Shown here one piece after another: positions 49,350 to 58,815 of a DNA stretch of 64,000 nt. Within the stretch, counting starts at the first letter, position 1. Each line of letters starts with the position of its first letter. Source of the DNA: Pontixanthobacter sp. (GTDB taxonomy: Bacteria > Pseudomonadota > Alphaproteobacteria > Sphingomonadales > Sphingomonadaceae); contig JBBKVP010000033.1 in NCBI GenBank assembly GCA_037968495.1, positions 26,574 through 90,573 on the forward strand, in the 5' to 3' direction. The notes under the pieces were generated by a model. That model saw only the letters and a list, made by a program, of their open reading frames with translations, searched no databases and had not been told where the DNA came from. The translations under genes were made by a program, and so were the position numbers.

Positions 49350-50849
49350 TCAGTAACGCGTTTCGAAGGTTACCCTGACGACCCGCTTGCCATTGGCTGG
49401 CACGGGGATCGAATATTTGCGCGTGCTGGCGTTCAGCTGCTCGCCGACCACATCCTCGCTCGAAATGCGGAAGTCGCGGCTCCACCATCCACGGTCTAGA
49501 CCGTCCTGATAGACCACAACATCGACCGGCGTATTTTTAGCATTGGTGAGCGTGTAGCGCATGGTTGTGCGGTAATAATCGACGGCGCGCTCGGCTTCGA
49601 TGCGCTCAACTTCAACCCCGTCCTTGATGATGCGGTACCGCGCGCTGCGTTCATATTCACCGCTGGAAATCTTATCGCGTTTTTCAACCTCGGCTTGCAG
49701 GAAGATATCGAAAGCATCGCCGGTTTTGAGCGACAGCTCACTGCCCATTGGCGTGTGGTCGATGCCGTTCTCACCGATGAATTGCGGCGTGCCTTCCTGG
49801 TCGCGCTGATAGAAGCGCACCGTGCCTGCAGGCAGTGCATCGCCCAGTCCGCCCTCGCTGGAGGAACTGAAGGAGAGACTGCTTGCGACATTTATCGGAC
49901 TGCTATCACTAGAGAGCCAGCCAATGGTGCGGGAGTAAATCTTCTGCGCCGGGACGCCTTGCACATCCATGAAACTGACTTGCTTCGTCTGATTATTGGC
50001 AATCGTTGTGCGGCCGCTGATGGGATAGAGATAAAAATCTCCGAGCTGCTCGCGATTGGCAGTCTCGGTGCCCGTGCGAACGGGCCCTCGTCCGCTGCGG
50101 CGGCCCATGCCTTGCCCTGGACTACCGGCAACCAGCAGCGTATCCGCATTATGGAATGTGGTGCCGGTGTTGTTGGTCAGCGTGACCCAGCCCTGCATAT
50201 CGATTGTGCTTTTGGCTTCATCATATAACGCTACATAATCAGCCGACCAGCCAAGGTTAGGCGTTAGATAGCGGATTGAGGCCGGGCGGGCGCCCGCCGT
50301 GTCGCTCTGCACAGTAACCGAAAGCGTCGGGCGAGCGCGAAGGTTGGCGGGAACACGATCAAACACTGCACGAACAGGCAGGCCATCATCGCGTAGCACC
50401 TCGATACGGTCGCCGATCTTCACCACCACGCCGCCAGCGGTTGAAAGCACTGTCGCCCGCTCACGTGTTTCTTGTCCTGTAGCAGGATTGGTACGGATCA
50501 GCGTGATCGTCTGGCCGATGGCTTTTTCCATCAGCTTTGTCGGGGTCAGCAGATCAAAATCGAAGTTTTGTTCGATAATACCTGCACCGCGCGCGGCAAA
50601 GCTGACCGTTTCTGGCCGGATGCGCGCCGATACATCGGGAAATTCAATCCGGCTGCGCCCGCGCTGGAAATTCAGCTGGCGGATATCCTGCACCAAGGCC
50701 TGATTGTTGTTGTAGATCGTAACCGAAACATCGCCCTGCGAAGTGGCGTCAGGATCGACCGGAGCGTTTGACTGGGAGTACACGGGCGCAGCGAGGGCCA
50801 GTAAAGCGAATGCCGAAATTGTTCCGGCCTTTTGTCCGAGTGAAACCAT
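49350..50849 (-). CDS. secreted DUF4139-family protein (paralogue A, MuiA-like)
   Basis: Signal peptide ...AFALLALAAPVYSQ and an N-terminal VTIYNNNQALV block. The layout is typical of DUF4140/DUF4139 proteins. Confidence 0.75.
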   Translation of the reverse strand: MVSLGQKAGTISAFALLALAAPVYSQSNAPVDPDATSQGDVSVTIYNNNQALVQDIRQLNFQRGRSRIEFPDVSARIRPETVSFAARGAGIIEQNFDFDLLTPTKLMEKAIGQTITLIRTNPATGQETRERATVLSTAGGVVVKIGDRIEVLRDDGLPVRAVFDRVPANLRARPTLSVTVQSDTAGARPASIRYLTPNLGWSADYVALYDEAKSTIDMQGWVTLTNNTGTTFHNADTLLVAGSPGQGMGRRSGRGPVRTGTETANREQLGDFYLYPISGRTTIANNQTKQVSFMDVQGVPAQKIYSRTIGWLSSDSSPINVASSLSFSSSSEGGLGDALPAGTVRFYQRDQEGTPQFIGENGIDHTPMGSELSLKTGDAFDIFLQAEVEKRDKISSGEYERSARYRIIKDGVEVERIEAERAVDYYRTTMRYTLTNAKNTPVDVVVYQDGLDRGWWSRDFRISSEDVVGEQLNASTRKYSIPVPANGKRVVRVTFETRY

Positions 50850-50915
50850 GCGGTCGTCTCTCCTATGTTTCGTCTCGTCGTAAACTGGACTTCGCGGATT
50901 TATCGCGGCTGAACG

Positions 50916-53381
50916 TTAATCTGCCGCTACTTTATTCGCCCCTAACACGCCCGCGACCATCTTGCTGATTTGGTCGACGCTGAAGGGTTTTGGCATGAAG
51001 TACATGTTCGGAATGTCGATATCCTTGCGCAGCTGTTCTTCAGCATAGCCGGACATGAAGATCACTGGCAGGTCGGGTTTTACCTTGCGGATGGCGCGGG
51101 CCATGGCGGGGCCGTCCATACCGGGCATCACGACGTCGCTCACGATCAGATCGAACTTGCCGCCATTGGCAACTTCGGCCAGGCCTAGCTCGCCATCGGC
51201 GGCAGTAGTGACTGTGTAGCCCTGCCGAGTGAGAGCGCGTTCTGCAACGGCACGGACCATGTCCTCATCCTCGACCAGCAGAATATTCGCGCCGCCGCTC
51301 CATGCGCTAGCTGGCTCTTCGGCAGGCTTTTCGGGTTCTTCGCCGACCGGAATTTTTCCGCTGTGGACCGGCAGATAGATTGTGAAGCGCGCACCTTTGA
51401 TCCGCCCGTCATCGCCAGGAACATTGTCAGCAAAGATAAAGCCGCCTGACTGTTTCACGATGCCGTAAACGGTTGAGAGGCCGAGGCCTGTGCCCTTGCC
51501 CTGCTCCTTAGTCGTAAAGAACGGTTCGAAAATCTTGCCGAGTTTGTCCTGCGGAATGCCGCCGCCATTATCCTCTACTATCAGCACGGTGTAATCGGCT
51601 GGCGGAATGATATCGCTGCCCATTTGCTCCACGTTGCGCGCCACGACACGCCGCGTGGCGAAGGACAGCTCGCCTTTGCCATGACCCTTGCGGTTTGTTT
51701 GGATGGCGTCGCGAGCATTGACGGCAAGGTTCACGATGACCTGCTCCAATTGCTGCGGGTCAGCGCGAACGGGGCCGAGATCGCGGTCGTGCTGAACCTT
51801 GAGATCAACAGTCTGTCCGAGCAGGCGCTTGAGCAACTGGCTGACCTCGGAAATCACATCCGGAAGCTGGATAACGACGGGCCGCAAAGTCTGCTGGCGG
51901 CTGAATGCAAGCAATTGCCTTGTCAGCGAAGCAGCGCGGTTGGAATTTGCGCGAATTTGCTGAATGTCGTCATAGTCGCTGTCACCCGGCGTGTGCCGCA
52001 GCAACATCAGATCGCAATAGCCGATTATCGCGGTCAGGACGTTGTTAAAGTCATGCGCAACGCCGCCTGCAAGCTGGCCGACGGCCTGCATCTTTGTGGC
52101 CTGCGCGACTTGCCGCTTGAGCTTCGTTTCCTCCGTCGAATCGGAGAGGCTAAGCAAGACCGCCGCCTCGCCCAGCCCGCGCATTCCGGCTAGTCCAAGG
52201 GAGACTGGCTCGTCAGGCGAAGACTTTAGACGGATAGCGATATCGCCAATATTGGCTGATCCGCGGCCATAGCGGCGCACCGCATCGGAGATCGCTGCCT
52301 TGTCTTCCTTTACGACGAGGTCAGTCGGGTAGCGCGGCAAGCCACCTCCGGGCAATTCGCAAGCGCGCAGAAAGGCATCATTCGCGAACAGCATCCGCCC
52401 GTCGCGGTCAGTCATGGCGAGGCCGAGCGGTAGCGCGGCCAGCAACCCTTGGAGCTGCGCCGATCCTGTTTGCCCTTCGCCGCCAAAGCCGCCGCCAATA
52501 CCGACGCCGGCCTCGACCAGCATCATCAGCGAAGGGGCTTCGTCAGGACCGGGTGCAACATCGGCATCCGCATCAACATCGGCAAGCGGCACATGAATTA
52601 ATGTCTGAGGCGCGCCGCGCCGCCCTTCCCGCGCAAAGAATATGCGTTCGCGCTCATCTGCACGCAGAAGCGTGGCAAACTCTTGTCCCGCCAGCGTTGC
52701 TTTTGCGTCACCCGATGCACGATGCGCGAAACCAGCGCTAACTGCACGAATTGCGCCATCCGGGCCGACAATGGCGGCTTCGATTCCAGCGCGTGTCAGC
52801 ATCTTTCCCAAAGCACCGGATATGCGCTTGGAAATTTGTCCCAACGGATCTTCTTCGACCAAAGCCTCGAAGTGCCAGACAAGAAAATCCTCACCCCGCC
52901 CAGCGCGTATTGCAGTCGCTTTCCACGCCTTGCCATCGTCGCCCAGCAGCTTCTCAGCCTGACCTTCTCCATCGCGCCATGCTTCGCGGGCTGCCCGCGC
53001 CATGCTTTCGCGCGAAGCATGGTCAAGCGGCAGATTAGGCGGCGCGTTGCTAGCTCCGAACCATTCCGTGTATACCTCGTTGGCGCAGGTCATGCGGTTA
53101 GCCCGGTCGGTAATCGCCACCCCGCCGCCTGCGATGCCTATGGCTGCAACCGTTACGGACCAGTCAGGCGCGGCAAATTCTTCCGCTTGAGGCGCCGCAT
53201 TGCCGCGCGACACAAACCAGCCGATCAGGCCCAGGGCCAGCACGCCGCCTACATAGGCTGCAGTTGCCGCGCCCTGTCCCGTAGCGAACCAAACTAACCC
53301 TGCACTGATTAGAACCGCGATGCCCGCGCCAGCTGCAATCACCGGTTGGCGAATTGCTAGCTGCCCAGCCCTGACTATCAT
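50916..53381 (-). CDS. cckA: hybrid sensor histidine kinase / response regulator, CckA-like
   Basis: N-terminal TM helices, PAS-like regions, H-box [17 protein letters not shown], an HATPase N/G boxes region, and a C-terminal receiver ([14 protein letters not shown]). The architecture matches CckA. Confidence 0.7.
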   Translation of the reverse strand: MIVRAGQLAIRQPVIAAGAGIAVLISAGLVWFATGQGAATAAYVGGVLALGLIGWFVSRGNAAPQAEEFAAPDWSVTVAAIGIAGGGVAITDRANRMTCANEVYTEWFGASNAPPNLPLDHASRESMARAAREAWRDGEGQAEKLLGDDGKAWKATAIRAGRGEDFLVWHFEALVEEDPLGQISKRISGALGKMLTRAGIEAAIVGPDGAIRAVSAGFAHRASGDAKATLAGQEFATLLRADERERIFFAREGRRGAPQTLIHVPLADVDADADVAPGPDEAPSLMMLVEAGVGIGGGFGGEGQTGSAQLQGLLAALPLGLAMTDRDGRMLFANDAFLRACELPGGGLPRYPTDLVVKEDKAAISDAVRRYGRGSANIGDIAIRLKSSPDEPVSLGLAGMRGLGEAAVLLSLSDSTEETKLKRQVAQATKMQAVGQLAGGVAHDFNNVLTAIIGYCDLMLLRHTPGDSDYDDIQQIRANSNRAASLTRQLLAFSRQQTLRPVVIQLPDVISEVSQLLKRLLGQTVDLKVQHDRDLGPVRADPQQLEQVIVNLAVNARDAIQTNRKGHGKGELSFATRRVVARNVEQMGSDIIPPADYTVLIVEDNGGGIPQDKLGKIFEPFFTTKEQGKGTGLGLSTVYGIVKQSGGFIFADNVPGDDGRIKGARFTIYLPVHSGKIPVGEEPEKPAEEPASAWSGGANILLVEDEDMVRAVAERALTRQGYTVTTAADGELGLAEVANGGKFDLIVSDVVMPGMDGPAMARAIRKVKPDLPVIFMSGYAEEQLRKDIDIPNMYFMPKPFSVDQISKMVAGVLGANKVAAD

Positions 53382-53968
53382 GGGCTTTTAGCTTTCAGCC
53401 GTTTATCCAATCGCCGCTCGAGCCGCACCAACTGCTTCTTGCGTTTGCGGCCAATCCAGATGCGCCAGATGAACCCGGAGACAAGATATCCAATGGCAGC
53501 GCCCACAATGGCTAGCACGATGAAGCCGAAGATCGTCACAAGAACGGTTACACCTGCACCTTCAAACATTTCAATCAGCCATGACCAGCGTCCGCTAGCC
53601 AACTCGTCTGTAGCGGTATTGCCCATAGTCGTCGGGTCGATCTGCAAAATCAGCGTACCCACTCGATTGGCAACATATGCCCAGAACGGAAATGTGAACG
53701 GATTGGTGATGAATGTGACCAACGCTGCGAGAGGCACGTTTGCCCGCGCTGGCAAGGCCATGAATGCAGCGAGAAAGATTTGACCAACCGGAATCATAAA
53801 TCCGCAAAAAAGCCCGAGTGCGACACCGCGCGGCACAGAGCGCCGGGTGAAGCGCCATAGCTCCGGGCTTAGAAACCTGTGCGCAATAGGCGCCAGAAAG
53901 CGGTTGTCCGCCATCTGCTGACGCGTCGGCATATTGCGTGTTGCCCAATTGCTAGCGCGCTTCTTCAT
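53378..53968 (-). CDS. DUF2062-family membrane protein
   Basis: Basic N-terminus followed by three or four TM segments with the ITNPFTFPFW motif. Its stop overlaps the cckA ATG (ATGA). Start taken at 53968. Confidence 0.7.
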   Translation of the reverse strand: MKKRASNWATRNMPTRQQMADNRFLAPIAHRFLSPELWRFTRRSVPRGVALGLFCGFMIPVGQIFLAAFMALPARANVPLAALVTFITNPFTFPFWAYVANRVGTLILQIDPTTMGNTATDELASGRWSWLIEMFEGAGVTVLVTIFGFIVLAIVGAAIGYLVSGFIWRIWIGRKRKKQLVRLERRLDKRLKAKSP

Positions 53969-54079
53969 TGCCGTCCGCTTACGCCTTTCGCAGGTCCAAA
54001 GAAATGCATGATAGGGGACGCTAAGGAAATGTGCGCTGAACGGCCGCATAGATAGCGTGAAACGCCGAAAAGCATCAGC

Positions 54080-54574
54080 TCAGCCCTTCTCACGCATCAG
54101 GCGCGCCTTGTCACGCTTCCAGTCACGGTCCTTGGTAGTCTGGCGTTTGTCATGTGCCTGCTTACCCTTTGCCAGCGCCAGTTCGATCTTGGCCCGCCCG
54201 CGCGGATTGAAGTAAATCGAGAGCGGAACCAGCGTCATCCCCTTGCGCTCGACCGCTCCGGTAAACTTGGCGATCTCCCGCGCATTCAGCAGCAGTTTGC
54301 GGGGCCGGGTCGGCGTATGATTGTGGCGATTGCCATGGCTGAATTCAGGAATATTGGCATTGATCAGCCAGACCTCCCCCGCCTTCACCTCGGCATAGCT
54401 TTCCGCAATCGAGCCTTCACCGAACCGCAGGCTCTTCACCTCGGTGCCGGTCAGCACGATGCCCGCTTCGTATTTGTCCTCGATAAAATAGTCGAACTTA
54501 GCGCGGCGGTTTTCCGCCACGACTTTGAACTTTTCGAAGGTAGAGGTTTTTGGGCGAGCCATTATCCAGCTCAT
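54080..54574 (-). CDS. smpB: SsrA-binding protein
   Basis: [29 protein letters not shown] and a basic C-terminal tail. Confidence 0.93.
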   Translation of the reverse strand: MSWIMARPKTSTFEKFKVVAENRRAKFDYFIEDKYEAGIVLTGTEVKSLRFGEGSIAESYAEVKAGEVWLINANIPEFSHGNRHNHTPTRPRKLLLNAREIAKFTGAVERKGMTLVPLSIYFNPRGRAKIELALAKGKQAHDKRQTTKDRDWKRDKARLMREKG

Positions 54575-54741
54575 CTAGGGAGTTTGTGCGCCGCATGAAA
54601 GGTGCGAACGCCGCAAGATTTCGAAGTAATTTCAGTTTCGGCAGATCATATGGTTGATACACCATTGAAATGTACCGATTGCGGGCTTGCCTTTACCCCA
54701 AGAGCTTTGCCATAAGTCACCGCAATATGAGGGGACTTTAC

Positions 54742-56697
54742 ATGAAATCCGCATTACCAAAGGCTGGCAGCGCACTTGCTCTACTTGCCGCCACATTGCT
54801 CGCTTCAACCGCCGCCGCGCAAACCGCGCCGCCACTCAGCGCCTATGGCGAGTTGCCAGAATTCGAGCAGGCCGACCTATCTCCTGAAGGTGATCTTGCC
54901 CTGATCGCCACGGTGAAGGACAAACGGCTGCTGATCGTGCTTGATGAAAATATGAAGGCAACCAATTCGATGGAGGTCGGCGATATCAAGGTCCGCGGCC
55001 TCGATTGGGTTGGTGACGACGCCATTCTTCTCTCGCGCAGCGACACACGGGACCTTGGCAAGCGGTTCGTCGGCGACAAAGCCGAGTTTTCCAATGTCAT
55101 GATTATCCCCGCATCAGCGAGTGGCGGCGAGGTCGAGACCATCTTCAGCAACGAAAAGAAGATGCTGAATGCGATTCAGGGTAGTTACGGCAAGCGGATG
55201 ATCGACGGTCGCTGGGTCGGCTTTTACGGCGGTCTTGAAATGACTCGCAATCAAGGCGGCAGCTATTTCGTCGGAGACTCGACCTCCGCCCTCTATGCTG
55301 TTGATCTGCTGACCAACAAATTTAAGAAAGTGGGCAATCAGGCAGGCGATTTCCGGTTGTCGCGCGACTGGTTGCTTAATGGCTCCGGTAATGTCGTTGC
55401 GATTGAAGAATGGGTTCAGACGACCGGTAAATGGACTATCGAAAACGCCGACGGCAAGGAGATCGCAACCGGCATCCAGAAACGCGGACGGATCGGTCTG
55501 GGAACTTTGGGCCAAGACGGCACAACGTTGCTTTACTCAGAAGCTGATGAAAACAACGAATTGCAATGGTTTGAGGTTCCGCTGGATGGCTCGTCGTCAG
55601 CGGTTCGGTGGCGCGCTGATGAAAATATCGGAACGCTCTACATCGACCAGATGAGCGCTCATTTGATCGGCTACAGGCTCGATCTAGAGCGGGTGATGCC
55701 GACATTTTTCGATCCGAAAACACAATCGGTAATCGACAAGATCTCACAGGCTTTCTCCGGTAAAGACGTTTACCTGAGCGAATGGACGCCCGACTTTAGC
55801 CGCGTCGTGGTTGTCACTAAGGGTAACCGGGATAGCGGGACTTGGTATCTGGTAGATATGATCACAATGCGGGCAAGCCCGATCGGATCGGAACGCCCGA
55901 AGATTTCCCCTGCACAGGTTGGCCCAATCTCGCGGGTCGAATATACCGCTGCGGACGGCCTCGAGATGGATGGTATCCTTACTCTACCTGCGGGCCGCGA
56001 AGCGAAAAACCTGCCGGTAGTTGTGCTCCCCCATGGCGGTCCACATTCCCACGATACGGTGTCGTTCGATTGGTGGGCTCAGGGGCTTGCCTCGCGCGGA
56101 TATGCCGTGTTTCAGCCCAATTTCCGCGGCTCTACCAACAAGGACCGGGCCTTTGAAGAGGCAGGCTACGGAAAATGGGGCCAGGAAATGCAGACCGACA
56201 TCTCGGATGGACTTAAGGCACTGGCTGATGAGGGCATTGTCGACCCGAACCGTGCATGTATCGTCGGGGCGAGTTATGGCGGATATGCCGCGCTTGCGGG
56301 AGTCACATTGCAGAACGGCATCTATAAATGCGCTGTTTCGGTCGCCGGTGTAAGCGATGTCGCAAAACTGTATTCAGAAGAAAAAGTTGGCGGCGGACGT
56401 TTTGCGCGAACCAGCCTGCTCGAAGAATTCGGTCCGCAGGACAAGCATCGCAGTATCTCGCCTCGCCATCAGGCTCAAAGGGCTGATGCACCGATCATGC
56501 TGATTCATGGGCGGGATGATACCGTAGTTCTGTACAATCAGACTACGGTCATGGCCGATGCGTTAAAGAGCGCCGGTAAGCCATATGAACTGGTAGAACT
56601 GGAGGGCGAAGATCATTGGCTATCGAAGAGCGAGACCCGTCAGCGGATGCTCAGCGAGCTTGTCGACTTCGTGGAAAAGTACAATCCGGCGGACTGA
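54742..56697 (+). CDS. S9-family serine peptidase (prolyl oligopeptidase / dipeptidyl aminopeptidase-like)
   Basis: Signal peptide, a beta-propeller-like N-terminal half, the catalytic GASYGGY nucleophile elbow, and downstream D and H (IHGRDD, GEDHWL). Confidence 0.85.
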   Translation: MKSALPKAGSALALLAATLLASTAAAQTAPPLSAYGELPEFEQADLSPEGDLALIATVKDKRLLIVLDENMKATNSMEVGDIKVRGLDWVGDDAILLSRSDTRDLGKRFVGDKAEFSNVMIIPASASGGEVETIFSNEKKMLNAIQGSYGKRMIDGRWVGFYGGLEMTRNQGGSYFVGDSTSALYAVDLLTNKFKKVGNQAGDFRLSRDWLLNGSGNVVAIEEWVQTTGKWTIENADGKEIATGIQKRGRIGLGTLGQDGTTLLYSEADENNELQWFEVPLDGSSSAVRWRADENIGTLYIDQMSAHLIGYRLDLERVMPTFFDPKTQSVIDKISQAFSGKDVYLSEWTPDFSRVVVVTKGNRDSGTWYLVDMITMRASPIGSERPKISPAQVGPISRVEYTAADGLEMDGILTLPAGREAKNLPVVVLPHGGPHSHDTVSFDWWAQGLASRGYAVFQPNFRGSTNKDRAFEEAGYGKWGQEMQTDISDGLKALADEGIVDPNRACIVGASYGGYAALAGVTLQNGIYKCAVSVAGVSDVAKLYSEEKVGGGRFARTSLLEEFGPQDKHRSISPRHQAQRADAPIMLIHGRDDTVVLYNQTTVMADALKSAGKPYELVELEGEDHWLSKSETRQRMLSELVDFVEKYNPAD

Positions 56698-56741
56698 GTT
56701 TAGGGGGGCAGGTGCGCACCCTACCCCCACATAACCTTTGT

Positions 56742-57791
56742 TCAACCGCCAGGCAGCATCCGCAACCTCTCGACTAATGACGCAACGCCGAGTGCAAACC
56801 GGCCCGCCATCATTGAAGCCAGCAGGATCAGGATCAGCGTCCAGATCGCTAGAATCCCGCCTGTTGCGCGCCAGTCTTTTGGGGGAAGGCCTTGCAGCAG
56901 GAAAGTTGCGATGCCCGCTGCGTTTACGCACACAAGATTAATCGCAAACAGATAAAGCGCCCCGCCCGCAGCTTCGGGATATCCGGCGGCAAGATATACG
57001 CCTGTGGCAGACAGCGGCGGAACCAGCGCAACGGCTATCATCACCCCTACCAGAGTCATCGAAGAACCCCGGCTGAAGGCGAGCACACCTGCGGCTCCGC
57101 ATGCCAATGACAAAGCGATGTCAGCGGGCTGTACGACGGTTCGGGTGAGTAATTCGGGCACTAGCGGATCTATAGTGAACGTGGCCCCGACCAGGACGCC
57201 AGAAAAGATCGCCAGTGCCGATCCGGCAATAAGGGTGACACTCGAACGCGCCGCCAGACGCGCATTTCCTACGGTCCCAGCTAGGGCCAGCCCTAGAGTT
57301 GGCCCTAATAGCGGAGCGATAATCATGGCTCCGATAACTACCGCAGTCTGCCCGCTGCGCATACCCAACGAAGCAATGATGGCCGAGAAGAATACAGTCA
57401 TTAGATAGACTGGAGTTATGTTCAGGCTCTCTGCGATATCGTCGTATAGCTCATCGGTGCTAAGGCGGTCGCGGCTGAAAAACCGTTCGAGCCGGGAAGG
57501 TGGCGGCTCATTTGAATCGAGCGGCAGTTCGCTTTTAGGGTTTTCGTAAATCGGCGGATAGACCGCCTCGATTTGTCCAACATATGTGCTGAATGAAGGC
57601 ACGTCGCCAAATTCCGCTTCAAGCTCCTTCAGAAGGCGCTCGGTATATCTCTGCTGGATGAGGCAGCTGTAACGCTCCTGCTCGCCCGGCACGGTTCCGC
57701 GCCAATAACGGCGGCAATGGCGCGCAAGAATTGGCTCTAGTCGGACTGCTTCAGTGTCGGGTAAAAATATCTCAACCAGACGGACCGACAT
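56742..57791 (-). CDS. TIGR00341/DUF389-family membrane protein
   Basis: Soluble N-terminal domain followed by about six Gly/Ala-rich TM segments typical of DUF389. Confidence 0.75.
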   Translation of the reverse strand: MSVRLVEIFLPDTEAVRLEPILARHCRRYWRGTVPGEQERYSCLIQQRYTERLLKELEAEFGDVPSFSTYVGQIEAVYPPIYENPKSELPLDSNEPPPSRLERFFSRDRLSTDELYDDIAESLNITPVYLMTVFFSAIIASLGMRSGQTAVVIGAMIIAPLLGPTLGLALAGTVGNARLAARSSVTLIAGSALAIFSGVLVGATFTIDPLVPELLTRTVVQPADIALSLACGAAGVLAFSRGSSMTLVGVMIAVALVPPLSATGVYLAAGYPEAAGGALYLFAINLVCVNAAGIATFLLQGLPPKDWRATGGILAIWTLILILLASMMAGRFALGVASLVERLRMLPGG

Positions 57792-57819
57792 AGGAATTCC
57801 TCTCGCGCCTAATCCTAAG

Positions 57820-58701
57820 CTAAATCAGACCCGCATGCACCAGCGCCTTGTCCACCGCTTCACGCGCTGTAGCGTTGGCCTTTGTCAGCGGCAGACGAAC
57901 CTCATCCGTAAACCAGTCATGCACTTGGCTGAGCGCATATTTTACCGGGCCGGGGCTCGCATCTTCAAACATCGCGTATTGTAGCGGATAGAGCTTGTCG
58001 TTGAGCTGCCGTGCTTTGGCGAAATCGTTTTCAACACATGCTTGCTGGAATTCCGCGCATAAGGCCGGGGCGACATTGGCTGTAACCGAGATACAGCCCC
58101 GTGCGCCAGCAGCATTGGCAGGGAGCGACAATTCGTCATCCCCCGACAGCTGGCAGAAGTCGCGACCGATACCCATTCGGTGGTCGGTGACGCGCGACAG
58201 ATCGCCGCTCGCATCCTTTATGGCGATTATCCGGTCCGGGAATTTTTCGGCCAGTTCGCAAACGGTTTCGGGCTTGAGATCAGTCACCGTTCGGCCGGGC
58301 ACATTATACAGCACAATCGGCAGATCGCTGTTTTCGGCCAGATAGCTGAAATGCGCGATCAGGCCTGCTTGACTCGGACGGTTGTAATACGGCGCAACAC
58401 ATAGGCCAGCGGTGCAGCCGGTCTTCTGCGCGAACTTCATGTGCAGCAGCGCATTTTGCGTATCATTGCTGCCGCAGCCAGCGATTACAGGCACACGTCC
58501 GGCGGTCTGCTCCACGCAGATTTCGATCACCCGGTGGTGCTCCGCATTGCTCAAAGTCGACGCCTCACCTGTAGTTCCGCAAGGCACCAATCCCTTGCTG
58601 CCATTGTCGATCTGCCAGTCGATCAGCTTGCGAAAAGCGGCCTCATCTAACGTTCCGCCGCGAAAAGGAGTCGCAAGGGCGGGAATCGAGCCGGAAAACA
58701 T
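57820..58701 (-). CDS. dapA: 4-hydroxy-tetrahydrodipicolinate synthase
   Basis: MFSGSIPALATPF, GTTGE, and the catalytic-Lys region IIAIKDASG. Confidence 0.95.
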   Translation of the reverse strand: MFSGSIPALATPFRGGTLDEAAFRKLIDWQIDNGSKGLVPCGTTGEASTLSNAEHHRVIEICVEQTAGRVPVIAGCGSNDTQNALLHMKFAQKTGCTAGLCVAPYYNRPSQAGLIAHFSYLAENSDLPIVLYNVPGRTVTDLKPETVCELAEKFPDRIIAIKDASGDLSRVTDHRMGIGRDFCQLSGDDELSLPANAAGARGCISVTANVAPALCAEFQQACVENDFAKARQLNDKLYPLQYAMFEDASPGPVKYALSQVHDWFTDEVRLPLTKANATAREAVDKALVHAGLI

Positions 58702-58815
58702 GGACTTTATCCTTCAATTGAGAGACGGAATCACAGACACGATTTTCTTCGCGCATACTATCCATTATCGTTCAGTACCTACCGTTCAGGGCCTGATAAG
58801 GAGCCGACCTCTACT

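Noticed and set aside
54575-54741. Search for an ssrA (tmRNA) gene next to smpB.
   Set aside because: The 168-nt spacer has no tRNA-like acceptor stem, T-arm or alanine-tag coding stretch. tmRNA is presumably elsewhere in the genome.
58745-58790. GTTC...GTTC in the dapA/slt divergent region as a third LexA box.
   Set aside because: The spacing between the two GTTC tetramers is 10 nt, not 7, so it does not fit the operator.
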